DNA from: an uncultured Gemmatimonadaceae bacterium
GTDB taxonomy: Bacteria > Gemmatimonadota > Gemmatimonadetes > Gemmatimonadales > Gemmatimonadaceae
Assembly (NCBI GenBank): GCA_963781585.1
Contig: CAWAGQ010000006.1
Span: forward strand, 320,001-384,000
Direction: 5' to 3'
DNA: 64,000 bases
The notes below the pieces were generated by a model. That model was not told where the DNA came from and did not search any database. It saw nothing but the letters and a program-made list of their open reading frames with translations. Positions 30,138-37,917 of this stretch are shown piece after piece (within the stretch, counting starts at the first letter, position 1; every line of letters begins with the position of its first letter). A program made the position numbers and the translations under genes.

Positions 30138-31412
30138 TTACTCGAAAACCTCGTCCCCGTCGGGCTCGTAATGCGGCACCGCGTTCATCGAGTGCCGCAA
30201 CTGCGACAAGGTCCAGTACATGCGCTTGCGCGCGCGACTCTGATTCCCCAACGGCCGATGCTCCGCAATCGTGTGCCACGGATTGTACGACAGGCGTCTC
30301 GCGAAATCCATTTGCGCCCGTGAGGTGAAGGTCTGCGGCGGAATGCGCAGCGTCGCGGCCGACACGCGCGGTGACAACCGCTCGGGCCACAGCACCGCGT
30401 TGTTCTCGATCGGCATCAGGTACGGGTCGGTCTGCCGCTGCAGGCGGATGTCGAACTCCACCGGTCCGCGGTCGAGAGCCGCGACCATGGCGTCGCGCAG
30501 GTAGTCGTCAGGCGGACGGAACGGGAGGCGCGGGATGCGGGTGCGCCGGTTCGACTTCGGCCACACCGAGTACTGCATGGCCTGGCCTTCGCCCAGCAGA
30601 TACGGCACGCAACTGAAGTACGGCGCCTCGAACGGACTGCTCTGCGTCTTGATCCAGAGCGCCTGCATGATGCCGTCAAGGACATGCGGCCGATGGAAGT
30701 TGAGGAAGTAGAAGATCTGCGCGTTCCGGAGGCTCTCGATCTGCAGCTGCGCGTTCGCCTCGGTGTCGGGCGTGACGAAGGTCGGCGTCGACACGCCGAA
30801 CACGTCCAGGGTGAACCTCTCGTCGTCCATCAGCTTCGGGCCAGGCACGCCCATCAGCTTGATGCTGATGCTCATGAAGCCGACGTCGTCGATGTCCGGG
30901 GTCACGTACGGCCCGGGCCCCGAGAATCGGACCCAGGCGCGGTAGGTCTTCGGCTCGGCGTAGATGCCGTGCCGGAACGCCGGCGGCAAATCGGCGTGCA
31001 CAATGAACTCTCCGCGCACGATGCCATGGGTCTTGGTGTTCCCCCCGCGCTCGAAGCCTCCGGGCTTCCAGAGTCCGCGCATCTGCTTCTCGAACGTCGC
31101 GATGATCGAGTCGAGAAACGCCTCCTCGTTCGGAAGCGGCTTCTCCTCGGCGATCCGCAGGCCCTCGTTGGGACGCTTCGCGTTGATCAGCGCGGTGACC
31201 ACGCGCGCGATCGGATCGCGTAGCACGGCGTCGAAGGCCGGGCGAAAGAACGGGTCGAACCGGCGCTCGAAATGGAGGAGCGCCATTGATGCGCTGGCCA
31301 GCCAGTTCCGCAAGGCCGAACCGGTGTTCGGCGGCGGGATGGGCCGACTCCTGTTGGAATCCACGGGCGCCATCGATGAAGGCCCGCCAGATCCGCCGGC
31401 GCCTTCCGTCAT
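30138..31412 (-). CDS. Catalase-related hemoprotein (short catalase/cAOS-like fold)
   Basis: RGGNTKTHGIVRGEF, AWVRFS, SIKLMGV, YFSCVPY, PIENNAVLW, LSYNPWH, HRPLG...RARKRMY (proximal R-x3-Y); ATG overlaps the P450 stop. Confidence 0.85.
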   Translation of the reverse strand: MTEGAGGSGGPSSMAPVDSNRSRPIPPPNTGSALRNWLASASMALLHFERRFDPFFRPAFDAVLRDPIARVVTALINAKRPNEGLRIAEEKPLPNEEAFLDSIIATFEKQMRGLWKPGGFERGGNTKTHGIVRGEFIVHADLPPAFRHGIYAEPKTYRAWVRFSGPGPYVTPDIDDVGFMSISIKLMGVPGPKLMDDERFTLDVFGVSTPTFVTPDTEANAQLQIESLRNAQIFYFLNFHRPHVLDGIMQALWIKTQSSPFEAPYFSCVPYLLGEGQAMQYSVWPKSNRRTRIPRLPFRPPDDYLRDAMVAALDRGPVEFDIRLQRQTDPYLMPIENNAVLWPERLSPRVSAATLRIPPQTFTSRAQMDFARRLSYNPWHTIAEHRPLGNQSRARKRMYWTLSQLRHSMNAVPHYEPDGDEVFE

Positions 31413-32710
31413 CGCCCGGGTTCTCCGGCCGCACCAACGCCGAACGGTGCGTCCCACTTCGGGAACGAGATCGGCAACGGATCGCGGGTCAGCCGATCCT
31501 GGCGCGCCGAGAGCCCGAGCTCGCCGAGCTGTATCGCCGCGGCCGCCTTGCACACGAACAGGATGAGATCCATGCCCGGACAGGCGCGCGGTCCCCGCAG
31601 GAACAGGTTCGACGCCGCCGCGGCGGCGTCGCGCGGCGCGACAAGCCACCGCTCCGGATGAAACCCGTGGACATTCGGCCCGAGGCGATCGTCGCGCTGC
31701 AGCAGCGGGAAGTAGTGCACGATCTCGCGACCAGCGGGTCCCGCATGAAACGTCCGGGTGACCGGCGGGAAGAGGCGTCCCGTCTCCAGGAGGCACGCCT
31801 CGAGATAGACGAGCCGCGCGACGGTCCCGGCGCGATCGGCCGGACCGGCGCTCCGAAATTCCTCGAGTACGCGCGCGTGCACGCCGGGGCGCGAGGTCAC
31901 CATGGCGAGTGTTCGTGCGAGCAGGTCGGTGCCCGAGCCCGTGAACGTGAACATCCAGTGCGGGATCTGTTGCAGGAGCAGGTTGCGATCGGCGTCCGGC
32001 GCCAGCCTGCGTCCCAGAGCGACGAGTGTTTGTTCGCCGCCTCCGTCTCCCGCCTGCTCCCACTTGCGACCAAGCAGCGCATACAGCCGCTCGCGGCGAC
32101 CACGGTACGAGAACCCGAACAGTTTGCGTCGTATCGGGCTCTGCACCGCCGCGAACAATGCCGTGACGTCGGCGGCCGGATCCGGTTGGCCCCTGGGAAC
32201 GTCACCGACCACGATCTGCACCATCGCCCGTCCCATCGCGGCGCGCACCGCCTCGATGTTGGGGACCGGCCGCGCGAATGCAGCCCGCACGTGCTCCAGG
32301 ATCGTTTTCGCGAATTGGTGCGGATGACCGGTCTCCAGCACGTGTTCGTTGAACGGCCGCAGGAGCAACCAGGATTCTCCGTCGGCGATCGTGAGCGCGC
32401 CGGGAGCGAGGAACGCCATCGCGCTCGCCTTGAGCGCTCCTGCCGGATATCCTTCGAAACCGGGCCGGCCGGCGAGCACGCTTTCGGAGCGCTCCGGATC
32501 CGTGACGAGCTCGACGGTCCGCCCGAAGATGCCGAACTCCGGGTCCGCGCCGCCGGGGCGGTTCGTGAGGGCGCGCGCCCACTCGCACACGGCCGAACCT
32601 GCGTCGGCGCGCCTTCCCCGAAGCGCGTTCGCGGCCAGCCTCACGCCCAGCCGCAGTGCGTCGAGCACACCCGCTCTCGCGGGGGCGCGCGCCGCTCCAC
32701 CGCTGGTCAC
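31409..32710 (-). CDS. Cytochrome P450 (atypical I-helix)
   Basis: ExxR (LETGRL), FHPERW, heme loop FLRGPRACPG; GTG start 1 nt after the dioxygenase stop. Confidence 0.88.
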   Translation of the reverse strand: MTSGGAARAPARAGVLDALRLGVRLAANALRGRRADAGSAVCEWARALTNRPGGADPEFGIFGRTVELVTDPERSESVLAGRPGFEGYPAGALKASAMAFLAPGALTIADGESWLLLRPFNEHVLETGHPHQFAKTILEHVRAAFARPVPNIEAVRAAMGRAMVQIVVGDVPRGQPDPAADVTALFAAVQSPIRRKLFGFSYRGRRERLYALLGRKWEQAGDGGGEQTLVALGRRLAPDADRNLLLQQIPHWMFTFTGSGTDLLARTLAMVTSRPGVHARVLEEFRSAGPADRAGTVARLVYLEACLLETGRLFPPVTRTFHAGPAGREIVHYFPLLQRDDRLGPNVHGFHPERWLVAPRDAAAAASNLFLRGPRACPGMDLILFVCKAAAAIQLGELGLSARQDRLTRDPLPISFPKWDAPFGVGAAGEPGR

Positions 32711-32711
32711 G

Positions 32712-35606
32712 CTACGGCTTCCGGAAAGCCGAATCCGCCTCCGCGCCCTTTCGGGCCTTCCATTGAAGCGAGTAGTAGCTCCCGCGATCGCGGCCCCAGG
32801 GATCGAAGGCGTTCACCACGCCGCTCAGCTCGTCCTTGAGCTCCGGCATCGTCCGCAGCAGGATCCGCTTGAGCGGACTCACGACCTCATCGTGTCCGTT
32901 CGGCCGCCCAGCCTCCTTCACCACACCGGTCGGTCCGTTGTTGGTGACCCACTCCACGCCGAGGCTCGTGTAGAACTCGGGTCGAAAGCTCGACGTGAAG
33001 AAGCGGTCGCTGAACAGCCGCCGCGACGCGTTGATGATGAACACGCTGAACTGGGTTTCGGAGATCGCAAATCCGTGCGGGCGCGCGGCCTCGGCGAGAA
33101 AACCCACCACCACGTCGAGGTCCTCGATGTTGTCCACCACGCTGCCGTCGGGGTGACCGAGACAATCGGTGACCGGCTTGCCGTCGATATTCTGCGCCGC
33201 CGTGATCGGCTTCGAGTCGTCGCACTGATGCGTCCCGTAGATGTCCCTGAGCTTCTTCACATATCCCTGCTCGCGCTGAATCTCGAGCGAATCGGCGGTG
33301 TGCGGGTCGAGGCGCCGATCGACGAAGTCGTCGAAGCTGGTCAGGCTCCTGAGGCCGTACTGCCGGCGGAATTCGTTGAACCGCGGAACGCCGCGTTCCC
33401 GGTCGCGGATGATGTCGAGCGCCGCCACGTCGATCTGGCCCGTCTTGCTGGCGGTGATTCTCGGCATGGGCAGGTTCTGGAGGAACTGCGGATGATTGCC
33501 CAGGGTGAGCGCGCCAAGGCGTTGACGCCCCATCGTGACCGCCCAGTTGGAGAGACCGCCCTCGTGCTCGTTCCGGGTCGCGAGCCCGCGGAACGTCGAG
33601 ACCACCGGCACCATCCGCTCCACGGTGTTCGGTTCGTGCCGGTCGCGGAACTCGAGGAGGTCGGGGACCAGGGGGTGAAGCCGGTAGACCGTGATGAACT
33701 CCTCGGGGAAGTTGAACGGCGAGCCGAAATGATTCACGCCGCCGTTCACATCGTCCGGGTTCCTGATGTCCCAGATGTCCTTCGCGTTCGGGTCGAGGCC
33801 AAGAAAGTTGCCGTGGTTGGCGTACTTGTGGCTTCCCAGGCCCATGATCCCGGCGCCCGACGCGAATACGGAATACCACGTGGTCTGGTCGGATTCCTTC
33901 ACGGACTTGCCCTTGAGGTCCACCGCCACCTTGTCGAGCACCCGGGAGACGAGGTTGTCGCTTCTGATCAGCCCGAACCAGTTGGCGTTCATCGCGGTGT
34001 ACAACGGTTCGTCGTACAGCAGCTGCGTGGTCCACTCAATGGTGTGGATCTTCGCGATCTCCGCGGCCACGACGAGCCGGGCCGCCTGGTACAGCTGCTC
34101 CGGCGTCACGTCGCGATTTCGACTCACGAGTTCCGGATGTGCCGGATCGCGAAGGCCCGAGTCGCCATCGGGGTCGGCGGCCGTGCGCCGGCGGAATTCG
34201 TCGACGAACTGGTTGTGCTCGCGCGCGAACACGTTGTGCAGGAAGCTGAGCCCGATCGACCAGTTGTCGGGAAAGGCCACCGATTCCTGCCCGGCCCACT
34301 GGGGATTGATCGGATCGCCCGCGGCGAACGTCGGGAGATACCCCTGGCGATCGCCCTCGGCGGTGTCGCCCGGGATCCGCACCATCAGCAGCTTCGCCGA
34401 ATCGCCTGGATCCCGCTTCACCCGGTGCGCCGACCGATCGCTGTATCCGTAGATCTGCGACGCATCCCACCACGCCGTGTTGGTGTTGCGCGTGGTCTCC
34501 GGTGCGCGCGCGAGATACGCCTGGCCGTTGTGCTCGAACGTGGGTGCCGGCGTGTTTTGCGCGATGATCGCCTTGTCCATCCGGTCGCCCGGACGGCATC
34601 CGAGCGCCGTCACCTCGGCTGGTGTGAGATCGCGCACCGAGTCTCCGTCACGGGTGGTCTTGCAGCCGACCTCCATGGTCGCCGGGTCGTTCTGGCCCTC
34701 GTCCAGGTGCGAGAACCAGTCGTGCGTCATGAACTGGATCCAGAACGCCGCAATGACGTTGAAGAACGGCGCCTTGATGTAGTCGCAGTGCGCGTCGGGA
34801 CCCGAATTGGTTCCCGCCTGGCAGCGCTCCGGCGCCGACTGCTGGCGCGTGAACAACTCGCGGCTTATCACTTGGGGATCGGGCCGCAGGAGTCCGATGC
34901 GGTCCCCATGCCGGTTCCTGACGAGCGGGTTCGCACCGAGAAGCGGAAACGTTTCGTCGAACGGCACGTTGCGCGCGAACAGGGTATTGGTCGAACCCAT
35001 CAGCGGGTTCTTGATGTCGTTGCAGATCCCGCTAAGAGTGCGATGGCGGATGAGCTCCCCGCTGCACACCTGAGGGCCACCGCCGCCCACGTCCTTGTAG
35101 TGCGGATCGCTCGGCGGAAGGCGCATCGCCGGCCAGACCTTGACCGAGCGGCCATGGATCGTACCGAGACCGCTGACGTAATCCTGATACGTGTTGTTGT
35201 CGAACAGGTTGAACTTGATCATCTCGATGCGCTGGTACTCGAGATCGAGCAGCGCCCCGTCGAGCCCACGGCCGTTTCGGGACAGATGGCCGAAGAGCGG
35301 TGAGCTGGATCGTGATGTCGAGTCGCCGGCGCCCCAATAGTTCGACCAGTCAACCCAGGGCGTCCCCCGCTGGGCCACGGCCCTCTCCCCGCCACGGCAG
35401 AGGGCCGTGAATTCCTTCACCTTGCCGAGGAACCGGTCCGCCCGGTTGTCCGCGATCGGGCGGAATCCCGAGACGGCCAGCTGCCGGCAGCCACGCAGCG
35501 ATCGCACCTCGGCACGGAGATTCGGCGACACGGCGATTATCGCGGCCGGGACGACGACCAGAACACCGATGAGAACGATGAGCGTGCGCGTGATTCGACG
35601 CTTCAT
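32712..35606 (-). CDS. Heme peroxidase-cyclooxygenase superfamily protein, fatty-acid alpha-dioxygenase-like, with N-terminal membrane anchor/signal
   Basis: WIQFMTHDW, WWDASQIYG, AKIHTIEWT, EEFITVYRLHPL (catalytic Tyr plus proximal His), RDRERGVPRFNEFRR, GFAISET, SRRLFSDRFFT; GGAGAGG RBS. Confidence 0.9.
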   Translation of the reverse strand: MKRRITRTLIVLIGVLVVVPAAIIAVSPNLRAEVRSLRGCRQLAVSGFRPIADNRADRFLGKVKEFTALCRGGERAVAQRGTPWVDWSNYWGAGDSTSRSSSPLFGHLSRNGRGLDGALLDLEYQRIEMIKFNLFDNNTYQDYVSGLGTIHGRSVKVWPAMRLPPSDPHYKDVGGGGPQVCSGELIRHRTLSGICNDIKNPLMGSTNTLFARNVPFDETFPLLGANPLVRNRHGDRIGLLRPDPQVISRELFTRQQSAPERCQAGTNSGPDAHCDYIKAPFFNVIAAFWIQFMTHDWFSHLDEGQNDPATMEVGCKTTRDGDSVRDLTPAEVTALGCRPGDRMDKAIIAQNTPAPTFEHNGQAYLARAPETTRNTNTAWWDASQIYGYSDRSAHRVKRDPGDSAKLLMVRIPGDTAEGDRQGYLPTFAAGDPINPQWAGQESVAFPDNWSIGLSFLHNVFAREHNQFVDEFRRRTAADPDGDSGLRDPAHPELVSRNRDVTPEQLYQAARLVVAAEIAKIHTIEWTTQLLYDEPLYTAMNANWFGLIRSDNLVSRVLDKVAVDLKGKSVKESDQTTWYSVFASGAGIMGLGSHKYANHGNFLGLDPNAKDIWDIRNPDDVNGGVNHFGSPFNFPEEFITVYRLHPLVPDLLEFRDRHEPNTVERMVPVVSTFRGLATRNEHEGGLSNWAVTMGRQRLGALTLGNHPQFLQNLPMPRITASKTGQIDVAALDIIRDRERGVPRFNEFRRQYGLRSLTSFDDFVDRRLDPHTADSLEIQREQGYVKKLRDIYGTHQCDDSKPITAAQNIDGKPVTDCLGHPDGSVVDNIEDLDVVVGFLAEAARPHGFAISETQFSVFIINASRRLFSDRFFTSSFRPEFYTSLGVEWVTNNGPTGVVKEAGRPNGHDEVVSPLKRILLRTMPELKDELSGVVNAFDPWGRDRGSYYSLQWKARKGAEADSAFRKP

Positions 35607-35884
35607 GGATTGCCTCTCCGTACGGGGGTTGGTGCAATCCGATCACATGGCTCGCGGGACGACGGGTCGGTTCGCGCCAGCCGAGGTCAGCAAACGGTGT
35701 GATCTTACATGCCGAATGAAGAAAACGCGATTCGCGTGATCACCGGTCGTCAGAGGATGCGAACTCCGTGCCTTGGTGCGGTGGCGTGCGGGCAAGGTCG
35801 AGCTCGCCGGTTGGAGATCTACTGCTGCACAGAGGTGCCTGTCGAGTTACAGCTGAGCCGGCCACGCGAAGGCTGGTGCTGCCC

Positions 35885-35926
35885 GCTGATGGCTGACCGC
35901 TGAGAACTGAGCGCTGTCGACTGACG
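35885..35926 (+). repeat. Degenerate 7-bp tandem repeat (RCTGWNN x6)
   Basis: GCTGATG GCTGACC GCTGAGA ACTGAGC GCTGTCG ACTGACG in the intergenic region. Confidence 0.7.
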
Positions 35927-36050
35927 GCACGCACGGCAGTCTTTGGGTCTTGCCGCCGAGCCCGTGATTACACAAAGTGTGCTCGTTGGGACGTGGTTCG
36001 GTCACGGGAACAGTTCCGGAGGATTTCGGCGACGCTGCAGCACAGCATCC

Positions 36051-37034
36051 GTGCCACAGCCTGAAAAGCCGCCCGCCAAGCGGGTCGAAAGCCTCGGGGA
36101 CTACGTCGCCTTGTGGCCGCTGCTCGGGTTGTTCATCGGAGGCGGCGCGTGGCTCAAGGCGCACGCGCACGGATTCGTGGAGTCGGGCGGACTGGTGCTT
36201 GCGGCACTGGGTGGCGCGGGATTCCTCTGGAACCTGGTGCCGGAAGAGACGCGCAAGAAAGCACGTCTCGACTTCGGGCAGCACCTGAAGTCGCGGCGCC
36301 TGGCCCGAGGGGCGTGGTGGGCGTTAGGCGTGGCGCTGGTGGTGTCGATGTTTGTGTCGAGCGTGCACGTGACGGCGGCGAAGGCCGGAGCGCCGGTCCG
36401 GGTCTTCCGGATGAACGGCTCGGTTGACGGTGCGAGCAGCGTAGGCGGGGAACGCGAGCTTTCCAGTTCGGAACCGTCGGCGAGTTTTCTGGTGTTGATC
36501 CCACCGATTGGGCGGCGCCAGTGGCTGCGGACGGAGACGGAGGAGCGATCACGGGAGTTCCGCCTGTTCCCGTTCCTTCCGCGGACGCTTCTCTATCCGG
36601 AGGACTTCAGTGCGAACATCGCCGCGGAGGTGCTTCCGATGGGAAGCTTCATTCCGGACTTCGGGGGGCCCCAGCCGCTCCGGCTGCTGGTGCGGGCGGA
36701 CGGAGGGCGAGGTGACACCTTGGCGGTCGATTCTCTGGTCCGGATCGAAACGCTGGTCCTCTCGGTGGCGGGGGCGGCGCATCCCGACACCGCGCTGGCG
36801 CGACCGCGATGGGTTGCGGCGGTGCGCCGCCAGTTCGGTGTCGATGAACGCGACGCGGAGGATCAGGTGAGGGACTGGATGCGCTTCCGGGAGGTGCGAA
36901 CCCGGCGCGCATTGAAGGCGGGCGAGACGATCGGCATCGTCGTGCTTTCGCCGGTCGGGGACACGGTGGCGGCGGACACGGTCACTCTTTCGGCGGTCTT
37001 TTCCGATGTCATACTCCGACGTCGCACGAACTAG
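36051..37034 (+). CDS. Hypothetical membrane protein (about 3 TM plus extracytoplasmic beta domains)
   Basis: Three hydrophobic segments followed by a beta-rich region; first gene of an overlapping four-gene run; start uncertain. Confidence 0.7.
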   Translation: MPQPEKPPAKRVESLGDYVALWPLLGLFIGGGAWLKAHAHGFVESGGLVLAALGGAGFLWNLVPEETRKKARLDFGQHLKSRRLARGAWWALGVALVVSMFVSSVHVTAAKAGAPVRVFRMNGSVDGASSVGGERELSSSEPSASFLVLIPPIGRRQWLRTETEERSREFRLFPFLPRTLLYPEDFSANIAAEVLPMGSFIPDFGGPQPLRLLVRADGGRGDTLAVDSLVRIETLVLSVAGAAHPDTALARPRWVAAVRRQFGVDERDAEDQVRDWMRFREVRTRRALKAGETIGIVVLSPVGDTVAADTVTLSAVFSDVILRRRTN

Positions 37035-37917
37035 CGCGTTCGCCGGGGCGCTGGCGCTGCTGGCGTTAGGCGCGCCGGCGCACGCACGGCGGTTTGCGCC
37101 GCCCGCGCGCCAGGCAGTTGCCCTGGAGCTGCGCATCGACGCCGAATCGTATCGCCGGCGCCTGCACGACGAGACCTGCTCGCAGGTCTGTCGCACCCTC
37201 GAGGAGAGCCTGACCGACTCGGTGCGCGTGCTTCTCCAGCGCTCCTACGGATTCTTCGACTGGGGGGCGGCCGGGGCGCGCGACACGGTGGTGATCCGAT
37301 GGGTCGAGCGGGCGCCGCCGGAGCTCCCGGGCAGCCAGCTCGACCTGCGGATCGACGGCCCGGTTCCGCGCATGAATCCGTCGCATATCTCGATCGATTT
37401 CGATCGATACGTGGACTTCAGCCGTCGTGAGGCGAAGCCGGCGGCGTGGGAACCTGCATCGCTGGAACGGGAGTGGGCGGCCCGGTTGGCGTCGCCCTCG
37501 ACCCTGCTGTCTCCCGATCTGCTGGTGGCGGTGTTCGGACGAATCCCGATCGCGGCGTCGGCGACCTTTCCGCGCCCCGGATTCGCCGAAGTGACGGTGC
37601 GACCCGAGGACGTCGCGGCTGCCGCGGACACCCGGCCGGTGTTCTCCGTGCACACCACGATCACCGATCCTGCGGCGAACACGGCCGATGACGCGGAGCT
37701 GATTCTCCACAAGTGCAAGACCACGATCGCGCACACCGGCTACGCGTGCGAGGTGCTGCTGGCCCAGTATCCCTCCGATCGTGTCACCGGGCAGCCGCTG
37801 GTCGCGCTGCTGGGACGGGCGCGGATTGCGATCCACAGCGTCCACGTTGTGGAGTTCGTGTCGCAGGGGCAGCAGTCCCGCTTCAGCGGAATCCTCCCGA
37901 CGGAGGGACTGCCATGA
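37006..37917 (+). CDS. Hypothetical secreted protein
   Basis: Signal peptide AGALALLALGAPAHA; Cys pairs; ATGA coupling to the next gene. Confidence 0.72.
   Translation: MSYSDVARTSAFAGALALLALGAPAHARRFAPPARQAVALELRIDAESYRRRLHDETCSQVCRTLEESLTDSVRVLLQRSYGFFDWGAAGARDTVVIRWVERAPPELPGSQLDLRIDGPVPRMNPSHISIDFDRYVDFSRREAKPAAWEPASLEREWAARLASPSTLLSPDLLVAVFGRIPIAASATFPRPGFAEVTVRPEDVAAAADTRPVFSVHTTITDPAANTADDAELILHKCKTTIAHTGYACEVLLAQYPSDRVTGQPLVALLGRARIAIHSVHVVEFVSQGQQSRFSGILPTEGLP

Noticed and set aside
31413..32063. N-terminal extension of the catalase-like ORF suggesting a P450-catalase fusion
   Set aside because: It is an alternative frame over the P450; the ATGA overlap at 31409-31412 gives a better start.
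32349..35303. 984-aa plus-strand ORF
   Set aside because: Antisense shadow of the dioxygenase and P450 genes; no recognisable domain.
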